A stretch of 63,228 nucleotides of DNA from Nemertoderma westbladi (Eukaryota > Animalia > Xenacoelomorpha): NCBI GenBank assembly GCA_032718475.1, contig JAUCBJ010007588.1, positions 1 through 63,228 on the forward strand, given 5' to 3'. The translations under genes were made by a program, and so were the position numbers. Every line of letters starts with the position of its first letter. Within the stretch, counting starts at the first letter, position 1. The notes under the pieces were generated by a model, which searched no databases, had not been told where the DNA came from, and worked only from the letters and a program-made list of their open reading frames with translations. Shown here piece after piece: positions 26,084-38,000 of the stretch.

Positions 26084-27266
26084 TGTTCGCGCTTTCAGAC
26101 CTTTGGCAGTTTAACCCGCCAAATTATGATGTCTTCTAGATAATAAATCACTTTTAGTCTATGACAAGTATTTAATTCACTACACTAGTCGAATCCAATC
26201 TGTGCGCGATCATTCACCCGCTGGATATACCCGGGAGATTGGGTTCGACGGCTTAATCTTATTGCTATGTAAGCCTAATGTATTATTCGACTGACAGTAT
26301 TATATAATCTCTGACAATATTATTCACCTTCGGGGAATATTAACAGTTCCTTTAGGACGTGGCGCTCTATCTATACAAACAGAGTTATGACTTAAACTAC
26401 TCACAACGATATGGCTTAGTTATAATTCACATATATGGCGCATTCTTTAGGAAATGCTTCGTTATCAGTATCACTCATACACAATGCTGCACAATACTGC
26501 ACACTGATCTGCCGATCTTCACTGATTTTAGTTATATATAAAAGGAACACGGACCGACTCATGTAGGGTCTATCAAATAACATTAGATTCACTTCAAACC
26601 ACTTTAACATAAGTCACAATCGTTATATGTAACCTTTCTCTCTTACCTTCGGTATATCAAGAATATTGGGTTTCGGGGTTATTTATCGTTATTCCAAATA
26701 TAATAATTCATCAACCATATTATGAAGAACTGACAGTAAATAGCAGTATAACAATATAAAAGTATGCACAGTGATTCAGTGTGCGTTAAGTTCATTAGTT
26801 TATTTTGAGTTGTTGATTGTTGTGATCAGTTTGGTTTGATAACGGATATATGCCCTTTATAATTAAGCCTACTAGTGTTAGACTAAAACAGGAAAGCACA
26901 AAATATTTACAAGCCGTTCTCTCCTGGCTCAGGAAAGAAAGACCAACAACACTGAAAACTGATAAGAATAACCTTATTTACAAAGGCTTCCACCCAACAC
27001 AGAGAAAGAGCATAAAGATAGGAAAATTCAGTTCAGTAGATCTGTGATAGGTCGAAATCAAAATCAACTCAAATTCTATTGGCAGATACTTTCCCAAGCT
27101 GGTTGGACAATCAAACGTAGCCCAGATCCCTTCGCACAGCGAATCAGCCAATCAGCCGGTAGCTTGCGCTATTCGAGTTATAGATCCCTTTTTAGAGTAT
27201 TCTAGCGACTGGGGGGGAACTGGTTAGCAAGGCAAACGAATCAGTTATCCCACAAAAGCTTTTACA
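26084..27266 (-). repeat. 3' LTR of inner element
   Basis: Direct repeat of 42463-43645 with TG/CA ends. Confidence 0.97.
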
Positions 27267-27344
27267 CCGCTCCCAGAAAATGGGATTTAAGTCTATAAAA
27301 TATACAAAATCACAATTTCTAATATACATAAATACTCTAAACAG

Positions 27345-29120
27345 TTAGTCTTTCTTGCGCGGACGGCGTTTATGCAGTTTTTTAAAGCTAGCAAGAGTCC
27401 TTTTCTCTTTGGGGCGAGCCACTTTACGAGGAGGGCTGTAGCTCCTAGGCGAAGGGTGCAATATAATTGCATCAGAAGGTGCAGGGTTACGATCGGTATA
27501 CCCGCCGGTCGAAGTACCTGGTTGATTAATATCAACCTCAGTGGAGCGAGGTCTAACGGCCTTTAGAGCGCGTCTCAGGACAGCAGCTCCTACGGGTCCT
27601 TGACGGGTCGTCTGGACACTAGCGGTGGGTGGACCGTGAGTGGTAAGGAACTTTCTCGGTTTAATGGTTCTCTCCAGCTCGCGTTCTCGGGTTCGATATT
27701 CATATGGTCGCCGAGATATTTCCTGTAGTTCAGGATGCGAGTTCACAAAGATGTCGCCATACTCAGGGTCCTGACGGATAAAATTGATCAGGTGATATGT
27801 GGTTATATCATTAGGGTTAACGTTTCTAAGGTATTTCCTGACAAACTTGGTGGAAATACACTCACCAACACGCTTCATTAACTCGTAACTTGGTACGCGT
27901 GTTTTCTGTTCAATTGACGCGAATAGATAAGGATGGAACGCGTAAACTCCCTCGTAAGCTCGTCCAGGGTAATAGCGATGTCGGGATTCGCAATGTAAAT
28001 CGGCGTTCGCTTCCCAAGCTCGGATGTATCGCAGGGTGATCATCTCGTCTACGCTCTCTAAATCGCGATTAAAGGGACAATTGTAACTTTCATGTCCTTT
28101 AAGTTGGCAGTAGTGACATTGAGTCATAAATTGTGGGCAGACGGCAAATATATGAGAGTTATTAAGCCGGCAATAAGCACAATATATTTCCATCATCGGT
28201 TGTTCGAGGAAATAGGAACAAGGTACGCTCGAGTCTAGAGGAGTGAAGTGGTCTCTCGATGCGCATAATCGACAACGTTTTCGGGAAACGTAGTTGGCGT
28301 GTCGATAATCGTACGCTGTGAGACGCTGTGGACCTTGATACCACTCTATGACATAATCATTGTCACTGCTCCGGGAAGCCGTAGGTTGAATCGCTTCTGA
28401 TTCAAAGCATACTGGTTCATCCTCCAGCTGCATAGACGAAGTGGGTGCGTCGGTTTCCGTAAGTGGACCCACTGTCTGTATTTCCACGACAGAATAACCT
28501 GTAGATATTCGGGGTCTTTGTATAACGGATGAATGTAGGTTCTGTATACAAACGTCTTGAAACACGGCAAATCCAGCGCTACTCAGTTTCTCCGCAGCTG
28601 AGTCTCTAAGACTGAGCTTGGTCAGCGCGCGGTCCTTGAACTGACTATCGACGTTACGGAACGGAGTCAGAAAGCGCCGGAAACATTCGAAACGTATGAA
28701 CTTATTGTGTTCGTCTAACTTGGCGAGTTTAGTTCCAAGTATTAACGGGTGAGCGCGTATGGTACGACTGCACACATCGGCTAGCCAACTGGCAAGTGCT
28801 GCGTTTTCAAAGATCGTGTATATAGCTAAGGAAGGGCGAAGTGGAACACTCATAAAGCTATATACTGCACCAGGCGCAGTTAATGGTCCATCAAAATATA
28901 AACGAGAGTAATGATCTCCATATACTTGCTGGTAATTGGTAGGATTTCCAACTTTGAAATTCCATCCATATTCTTGAAAGGCAAGATGTCCGATGGACGT
29001 CCGTTGTACTTTAGTAATGTCGATGGGTGTATTGGCATACATAGTGCGAAAGAAACCTCGGCCTTCGGCCCAAGGGGCAATCAGCTGAGTATCAACGAAG
29101 GGATATGGAATGTTCTCCAT
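27345..29120 (-). CDS. Accessory ORF-B, 591 aa: Cys/His cluster, CCHC knuckle, basic C-terminus; not env-like
   Basis: CRLC....H, CAYC.....H....C, CHYCQLKGHESYNC (CX2CX4HX4C). Ends KKLHKRRPRKKD. No signal peptide or TM helix evident. C-terminal half conserved in outer copy. Confidence 0.85.
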   Translation of the reverse strand: MENIPYPFVDTQLIAPWAEGRGFFRTMYANTPIDITKVQRTSIGHLAFQEYGWNFKVGNPTNYQQVYGDHYSRLYFDGPLTAPGAVYSFMSVPLRPSLAIYTIFENAALASWLADVCSRTIRAHPLILGTKLAKLDEHNKFIRFECFRRFLTPFRNVDSQFKDRALTKLSLRDSAAEKLSSAGFAVFQDVCIQNLHSSVIQRPRISTGYSVVEIQTVGPLTETDAPTSSMQLEDEPVCFESEAIQPTASRSSDNDYVIEWYQGPQRLTAYDYRHANYVSRKRCRLCASRDHFTPLDSSVPCSYFLEQPMMEIYCAYCRLNNSHIFAVCPQFMTQCHYCQLKGHESYNCPFNRDLESVDEMITLRYIRAWEANADLHCESRHRYYPGRAYEGVYAFHPYLFASIEQKTRVPSYELMKRVGECISTKFVRKYLRNVNPNDITTYHLINFIRQDPEYGDIFVNSHPELQEISRRPYEYRTRERELERTIKPRKFLTTHGPPTASVQTTRQGPVGAAVLRRALKAVRPRSTEVDINQPGTSTGGYTDRNPAPSDAIILHPSPRSYSPPRKVARPKEKRTLASFKKLHKRRPRKKD

Positions 29121-30050
29121 ATTCCGAAAGTCGTATGCCTAATATGTCTTCCATTGATGGTAGTGGTAAAGAGCAGGGGAAGACCTATGTCGTATTCAGA
29201 AATATTCCGAAATACGATCTCAGTAGGAGGATTGTTACATTCGAGGACTATCTCCAACTGAATTTATCCCCAGTGCGATAAGGGAACAACCAGTTCAATG
29301 CCTCAGTTGTTATACATAAGATTATAAGATTTATATCTCCAATCATTGAGGGAGGTGAACAACCAGATTTATGACACACAATGGTACCAGTTGTTCACCT
29401 ACTAACTGCGTGTCCTTTCAGTCCTTGTATCACGGTTGTGAATTTAAGGAAATCCGAGGTGGTTGATTATCTAATCAACAACGAGAGGGTGGAAGTGGAT
29501 ATCATAAATATCAACAGAATGACACATGGACAGGAGATGCGGACACCAATATTAGCATACAAATAAACGGTAAGGGGGTGGAGGTTGATATCATAAATAT
29601 CAACAGAATATGACATTGACAGGAGGTGCGGACACCAATATTAGCATCCAGATGAACAGTAAGGGATGGGAGGTTTAGTGCTCGTTTCCCGAAGCTCCGA
29701 GCACGTTGGGAAGAGAAGGTGGGATGAAATATGTCGTATCTTTAGTAACAACATATAAGAGGGTAAGAGGAGTAGAGAGGAGGGAGGATATTCGATAGTA
29801 TCCATAAGATACCACAATGGATGTGTTTTCCGTCACATCATCATTCATTCCTGCCTTTTAATTGTGACACTGATCACAATAATTACAGGAAAACGATGAA
29901 GGAAGGGAAAGTTACAGCCTCCCGAAGGAGACCGCCCGCGAGCACCCGTGCCCCGGGGAAAACTATTCACATTATGGACCCTGGACATTAACCCATGTCT
30001 CTTCTCCAGTGGTTCTCCTTTATTTGTTCGCATCAACCTTCTTCCACGTT

Positions 30051-30428
30051 CTATCCTTCGAGTTGATTTCGAATAGAGTTCTCGTGTTCTATTCTCGATT
30101 TATCGTTTCGACTCCGCTGGGTATGATATTTAAATAAAACCATTTCCCTTTCGGTGTCTACATCGTCCGTATCGTGTAAATCGATAGGATGGCCGGTAGT
30201 TAAGAAGTCCATATACATACCATTACGATGCGTATAGCGAGCAGTGAATTTTCTATAGTCCAATTCACGCGTAAGTTGCTCCTGGGACATTGGCGGTTCG
30301 ATATAACGACCATCGTCCTCCGTAGTAGTTGGATCAGCGTCGCCGCGTATCAAGCTATCGACAAACGCTTGTAAAGGTAGAATATATCTCTCCCTGATAC
30401 CAAGATCATCTTCTATTAATTCAGTCAT
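30051..30428 (-). CDS. Accessory ORF-A, 125 aa (inner copy)
   Basis: Conserved with 16446-16823, same ATG context TAGCAGATATGAC. Confidence 0.75.
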   Translation of the reverse strand: MTELIEDDLGIRERYILPLQAFVDSLIRGDADPTTTEDDGRYIEPPMSQEQLTRELDYRKFTARYTHRNGMYMDFLTTGHPIDLHDTDDVDTEREMVLFKYHTQRSRNDKSRIEHENSIRNQLEG

Positions 30429-32080
30429 ATCTGCTATACGAGTTCACCAATATTATAATGAGTTTATATATCGTTAGGCGAGCGGGCGTCGCTGCCTATT
30501 TCTCCCTTGCCCCCGGACAGTATGAGATTCTCAGCGCCGATGTACCGCTGTCGCTATACTTTCGCCAACGACGTAGCCGTACAACGACAACGATAACCGG
30601 CACAAGTCACTCAACTGTCCGTCCCAAAGGCTTAGATGTACTTCAGGTTTTCCTTGGAGAGTTAGGTTACTTTTACGATTGCGACTAGCTACTGTAAACA
30701 CACTTTAGCAGTAACATTCACCTATAAACTCACAAATACCACACAACTGGTCACAACTACGCACATTCGGGCCATTTGTCCGTTAGTCAATGCCTTCCAG
30801 AATGTCACTGTATTATTATGTATCCTTGGATACTAGTAGTGCGCTATTTATTCCCTATGCTATTCAATGGGACAAGCTTTCTATTGTTCTTTTAACTCCA
30901 TTCTAATTCTAGCATGGTTGTTGCTATGGTGACATTATGCAAAGCTAGCGGTAGAATTAGGGTAATTCCAATGCATACAGATCTGGGATGTTATTTAATA
31001 GTAATTCTTTAATAGTCAATGTCCTGTTTTATACATGACTTTATGAATTTTATCGGCTATTGACTATGTTTGGGAGACTTTCGCACACTCATATGCATAA
31101 TAAGATAAATCTCCGCTCCCTTGATCTATTAATTAATGGAATATTGGGAATGTTATAAATTGCGTAAAAATGGCAATTTATTAAATTCATTAAAAGGCAT
31201 GAATTTAAATTATTCCCTGAAATTTTATTATTTGATAATTAAATGGACATATTTTGATTCTAGAACATGTCTAGGGACACAAGATCCTTAATTCTATGAC
31301 AATTGTCTTTTTTAAGAATATCGGTAAATGCTACGATATCTTAATTGACTAGAATTGTTGAAGGATCTGAATTTTACAGATTTTGATTGATTAGATTTGC
31401 AAATATTAAATAATTAATATTTGAGATGGGCACCGATTTATTCCAGAACTTGTCTGGGGACGTTAACCACTGATTCTAGAATTTGTCTTTCAAGTATATC
31501 GGTGGGTGCCGCGATATCTTAATCGACTAGAATTACAGATGGTCAAAGGGTTTAACAGATTTATTTTGCGTTATACGCTACTGTTAAAGGGACATCACGC
31601 TACTATATGTATTATTTAATATACGGTATGAGAGCAATATCGTACGAAGCAATGTCAGTGTGAAGAGGCAAGTCGTTTCCAAGGTCTACCCAGAGCTTGG
31701 TTTAGCCGAGACACGAGGATCTGAACTTTGCATTCCTAATACTCTGCCTACCAATAATACTTAAATATAGTAGTGGCTTTATTGTACTTTAATAAGTACG
31801 GACATTTCATCTTACTGTAGTTACGTATTTATAATATAATACGGACAGTAAGGAAATAGAAAAATAATTATTTCTTCGCCGTCACACTAAATATAATATA
31901 AGTAATTACGTACGTAATAAACACGAATATATTGCACTATTCTACAAAATAATCGCTAAATAATATTCTACTAAATTAAATAAAACGATTATAATAAAAT
32001 TACATAGTAATACATACATAAATATAAAAATAATAAAAATAATATAAAATAATAGAGTCACACGCCCACTCCGAACGATA

Positions 32081-35000
32081 TTAAGTCGGGGAGTCCCTAG
32101 ATGTCGGTTGGATTAGGGAAGTGGTCGTGGGAAGAGTTTCTTGCTTTCCATAGTTTCCGGAGAGCTCTCTGTCTCTTTCCAGTAAACATAAACGTCCCAC
32201 CGGGCGATTGAGCTGTTGAGTCTCAAAGACTATCCCTGGTTTATTAAAGTTACGACGCATGACGACGAGCTCTACTGATCGCACCAAACCATCGCTCGAG
32301 ATATGAGTCTCGATGATACGTCCTGTTTGCCATCGCTTACGTGGGAGATCGGGGTCCACAATAAGCACCATGTCTCAAGCGCTGACGTTTTCTTGCTGCG
32401 CAAACCACTTAGTTCGAAGTTGTAGAGTGGGCAGGTAATGTTTCTCGAAATGGTCAGCGAAACGACGGGATAGCAACTGCATAAGTTGCCAGGTTCGACG
32501 GCAGTACTCGTCTCCGTCTGTGATCTCCGATCGTGGGAGCATGGCTACGGGTTTCTTCAGTAGAAAGTGCGCGGGTGTTAGCGCTTCCAGGGAATCAGGA
32601 TTTGAAGAGACTGGCATAAGCGGTCTTTCGTTGAGATAGGCGGCGATTTCCTCCATTAACGTCCGCAATAGTTCGTCGGTGAGATAAGCGCGACAAGGCA
32701 CAATAAAGTGGAACGCAGTCTTCACGCTCCTAATCAATCTCTCCCAACTTCCTCCCCACCAAGGGGCGTCGGCGGCGTTGAAGGTCCAGCTAGACGCTGT
32801 TATCCTTAGCTGATCGTCCACCTGTCTTTTGTTCCAGTCCTTTACGTAGGCTTGAATTTCGTTGTTGGCGCCAATGAAGTTCGTTCCCTTATCCGATCTC
32901 ATCGTGTTACTGGTTCCGAAGCGAGCGATCTGTCGTCGTAAACTCAACACGAAGCTGTTGGTGGATAGATCGTTTACCATATCGAGATGGATAGCTCTAC
33001 AAGTCATACAAACGAAGATGACACACCATCTCTTGACTATAGTCCGGGCACGATATACTTCAATAGGGCCAAATAAATCCACACCGGTATTAGTAAAGGG
33101 TGGTTCGTAGAAGCTTACTCTTTCCCTAGGTAATTCTGCCTCTCGCTGTGTCAAAGGCCTACTGAATGCTTTCCTACAGGGTATACAGTTCCTAAGAACT
33201 TGGTTCAGAGCCCTACGGGGTTTATAAAAATAGTAGCGAGTTCGAATTTCGCTCAGAACTCGTTCTCTACCAGCATGGTACAGTTTGCTATGAACATCTA
33301 CAATTATCTTGATTTGTATGTCAAGATTTCTAATGAGGATGGGAAACTTAGTGTCAAAGGATAATGGGGCGTTGGTCAGCCTACCTCCAACACGTATTAA
33401 CCCATCTATCATGGTACTAGAGAAGCGATCCCTTAAGCGCATCTGTGGATTTCTTAACAACAGGAAATACTTATCGGAATCCTCATAGCATTGTAGGAGT
33501 CTCAGCATCTGTTTGTTGGTTTCATCATGCTCCTGGTAACTGATCTTCTCATTTAGAAACCTGTTGGATATCTTGTATTTAGGAAGATCTTTAACAACAT
33601 GGACTCGTGCAGATGTTGATGGAGCATCATCACTATTGGTCTTTGTCCCGGAGTAACGATAATGAAAACATCGTTTCAGATAGGTGACAGCTTTACAGAG
33701 CCGATTCCAGGAACTGTAGTGACGTATCGCTCTCTGCAAGAGAGGTGAGAGTCCTTGCGAAATATCTGGTATTCCAGATTTCCAATCCTTGTCACGGATT
33801 TCCAAGACTTCTTTAGTCGTGGCGGTGGGTTTCTGATCCAAAGCATCCTCTCCGGAAGTAAATAATACAGATAGATCAACCGCAGGTTTAAACAACTTCG
33901 ATTTACTCGCTCGAGTTTTGGGTTTAACTTTCTCCGCTCCCTTGGCCTGTCTGATCTCTGCTGTTGTGAGATGGGGAGGCCATTCTTCTTCTTCTCTGTA
34001 GAGAAAGTCGGGTCCTCCTAACCATTCGGGAGTATTTACCAATTCCTTTGGAGTCGCTCCTCGGGACGCGATGTCTGCTGGATTAATCGTTCCGGGGCAA
34101 TGTCTCCATTGGTCCATCGTCGTGCGACTAAGTATGATGGCTACCCTGTTGGTAACGAAGACGCTGAACTGACAGACTTCATTGGTTATATACTCTAACA
34201 CGAGTAAAGCGTCGGTCCAATAGACAGTTTTCTCTAATGGATAGTCAATCTGTTCGGTTACATTCCGGCCGATGGCTGTAGCGTATAGAGCCGCTTTTAA
34301 CTCCGCTCGAGGAACTTTCAACTTGTTGTTGATTAATGCTTTAGAAGTAACCAAGGCGACTTTGATTCCATCCGGAGTTTCCACCCTTAGATAGGCTACT
34401 ATACCTATTCCCATATCGCTGGCGTCTCCAAACACATGGAGTTGATAGGAATACGTAGGGAGAACATGACAAAAATATGAACGGGAAATTATAAAATCCT
34501 CGATAGCTGGCAGAGAATCTTCCCATTTCATCCACTTCTTCAATAATTCTCCCTTAAGTGGATCGTCCCATGAGTGGTTTTCAAGCCACATTTGTTGTAC
34601 CAAACTAAGAGCAATCAATATAACTGGGCTAATAAATCCCAATGGATCGAAATAAGTGCTCAGTATACTTAAGCAAATCCGTTTGGTTCGAACTGGATTA
34701 TCTCGCTGTTTTAGCTGGAAAAACAGGATATCTCGCTCTGTGTCCCATTTCAAGCCGAGTGTCTTGGTTTCTGGCAGATCATCTTTGATCAAATCGAGAT
34801 CTTTCGCTCCTCGATCTTCCGCAGGGATCGACTCCAGAAACTCACGGGAGTTGCTGGTGAATTTGGTTAATCGAAACCCACCTCTTTTTAAGCACTCTAC
34901 CGTTCCTTTAGCGACCTCAATGGCTTCATCAACTGATGGGAGGGACTTCAGATTGTCGTCCATGTATATGTCTCTCTTGATGTTGTCGATCACTTCCTTA

Positions 35001-38000
35001 GAGAATGCCTCTCGGTTGTCCTCTGCAGTGGTACGCACTACCGAACAGGCGTTGGAAGGGCTTGAGATTATCCCAAAGGCCTGGATAGTCATCCAGTACT
35101 CCACCGGTTTCTGGTTGAGGTCTCCTTCGGGCCACCACAGAAATCGTAGACTATCTCGATCCCTATCTAACACCTTGACTTGTAAGAACATGCCTTCTAT
35201 ATCGGAGGCGAAAGCAATCGAATATTGTCTCAATCTTAAAAGAATTCCCAACAAAGATTGAAGCAAGTTGGGTCCGGGTAATAATTCAGAGTTAAGGGAT
35301 TGACCCATGTAAAGAGCGGAGCCATCAAACACTACTCTCACTTCATGTGGCTTACCGGGTTTAGGAACGTAATGGTGGGTTAAGTAATACGTTCTTTCAG
35401 TCACAGGTGTTTCTTCCGGTACTCTCTCCGCGTATCCCTTACTAATAAATTTTTCCAGCTGTGTTTGATACATTGCTTTAGCTGAAGAATTAGCCGTAAG
35501 GCGTCGATGGAGTTGCGCGATTCTTTTTTCCGCCAAGGGTCTGTTATTGATGAACTTCGGTTCTCTCTTGCGGAAAGGTAGACCGACTTCATACCTACCT
35601 TGATCTTTGAGGAAACGTGTAGTTGTCTCTTGGATCTGCTTGGCCCTTTCTTCTTCCACCGATAAGGCTTTATCGTAGGAATTGGGCTCTACCGCCTCTT
35701 GCGTAAAGAATCGTACAGCATGTTCATCTCGAGTCTTGGCATTGCAACGCTCAATGACGTCATTTAACTCGTCGTTATAAGCTTCTCATTCAGATGGATA
35801 GAGAAGTTGACATAAGTTAACTTGGTTTTGCCAAGCCTCGTTTTCCTTAAGGAGATCGATGGTATTCTCCTCATCAAAAAGCTGGTGAACGTCGTCGTTA
35901 TCTGAGGAGTATGGAATTCCCTCAGTTGAATCATCTCCCTCACTAGCATCATCTTCCCATTCACTCACCTGGCAGACTCTCTCTTGCGGTAGTCTTTCTC
36001 TGAGTGTTCTACGGGAAGGGCCAGTAAAGTACCAACCTACTCTAGTTCTTACCGCATAGGTCTGTAGGGGCTGCGGTTGAACAGGCCGTTTCTCTAATGT
36101 CTCCAGCGCCTCATGCGCGTTTTGGCCGATGAGTATTTGCACTCCAGGATAATCAGTCTGGAATCGAGGTATGTTAAGATGTTGGATGCTCTCATCCTCG
36201 TCCCAATTATAAAGGTCTGCTTGAGTAGTAGCGAAGTTCTTTATAGCCACCATTTTCACTGACCTTATGCTATGTTCTCCTAGTTCGTCCTGGGGGGTGG
36301 ACAACGCTCCTACATAATAATCCGCTGTGATTGTAGATTTCCAAACTTGCATAATGCCGGACATGTTGAGCTTAGTTTGGAACTTGAGTTGTCCAGCAAA
36401 TATATCTTCGGCTAGCTCTTTGTCGATGAATGTTCCTGTGCTGCCGGAGTCCAGGAGGGCGTTCACTACATAACTCCTCTTAGGTCCGTGAACCCTTACT
36501 TGTACCACAGGAAACTCTCGGATCCCTACATTGGAAGATGGCTCTTTCCAAGATGGTTGTCGTTCAGAAGTAGTTAGAGTGAAGTCGTTGTCTGTATCTT
36601 TTTCATAGGTGAGTGCTCGATACACTGCGGTATTTATCATGTAACAGGATTCGTTTTCGTCGGAGAACTCGTCTGTATAGAATCCTTCCATCTCAGATTG
36701 ATCAGTGTCGTTCACATCACTGAATTGGACATGTAGCTCGGAATCACTTACCTGATTCGGACTATTTCGCTCGAATTCAGTGTGCAATAAGATATGATGT
36801 TTCGCACCACACTTTGCACACCTTATGTCAGAGAAACAGGTACGCCGTTGGTGTCCTTGTCTGAGGCAATTATAACATAACCGCTTATCCCACATGACTT
36901 CGCGTCTCTCCGTTAATGACTTCTTCAGGAATTCATCACACATATTTAAACGGTGGGTCCCGTCACACAGCGCACATTTCGGTTTGATGTTACTTACCTT
37001 ATTTTGAGTCACATTGTGTACACTTGCCTTTTCTTCGGGCTTTCTCACCGGAATTCTCTTGGGAGACGTGGGAGGAGTTTTTCTTACCTGATCTCTCCTG
37101 TCATTTGTTCGAGACTTGAATTTACTTACCTGATCTTTAGGCATTTTATTCACGTAATAAGATCTCTCAGTGTCTTTCCCGCTATCTTCTCCTTGAGAAG
37201 TCTGGCTTTCGCCGTCGTCTGTATAACACACTGGTGTTACCTTTCTCCTAGAGAGGGGTTTTTTACTTACCTTGTTTTCCGGTGTCTTCTCTCTGGACAG
37301 TTTCAGGAGCTGTAATTTCACTTCTCCATCTAGGAATAACATGAGATCAGCCATGGTAGGGTCTCGTCGTTGTTGTTCCATCATATATAACACTTTCTTA
37401 TCCCAGCGTGTACCTACTCCACCTTTCGGTAAAGTAGAAGCCACTGCTCTAATAACCATAGTGTTCTGATACTCATGAGACTTACCTAGCCAATCTAATT
37501 GTCTGCAGATCTCCTGGATCTCATCGGAAAACTCGATAATCCCGCTGCTAATAAACTTTCGGGGCGCTACTAACTTTGCATACAAATACCCAGCGATGTT
37601 ATTCCTATTACCATACCTGATGTTTAGTGTATCCCAAACTTGTCTTAATCCGTCTGGATGTCCAATAAACTTTAACGCCATTAACTTGGGAGATCCTTCC
37701 AAACACTCGATGAGGTATCTAAGTTTTTCTCCATTAGATAGTACAGAGTTCTGTATGTTATCTTTGTAATATTCATTAAAAGGTAACCATTTCATCTCAT
37801 CTCCATTGAACTTGACGATCTCTCCCACCTTTACTGCTTGCCGGGCTTCGGTTCTAGCCATTTGACGCGTAAAACTTTCTTGGGCCATCGTGTTATTTAA
37901 TATCGAGTTATCGGTATATAAATTTCTCGGATTATGATCAGTTCTATATGGAATATCATTATCAACAGGTCTATAATTACCCTTAATAGGGTTCACTATA

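Noticed and set aside
26359-27047. Short ORFs duplicated at 42738-43426
   Set aside because: Identity simply reflects LTR duplication; they are not evidently preserved in the other LTR types.
27345-29120. Envelope gene
   Set aside because: No signal peptide or transmembrane segment; it has Zn knuckles and a basic tail instead.
30458-30688. Antisense 76-aa ORF in the inner element
   Set aside because: The homologous region of the outer copy has frameshifting indels.
35660-35790. gag/pol ribosomal frameshift
   Set aside because: The two ORFs are in the same frame, 126 nt apart; only a stop codon separates them.
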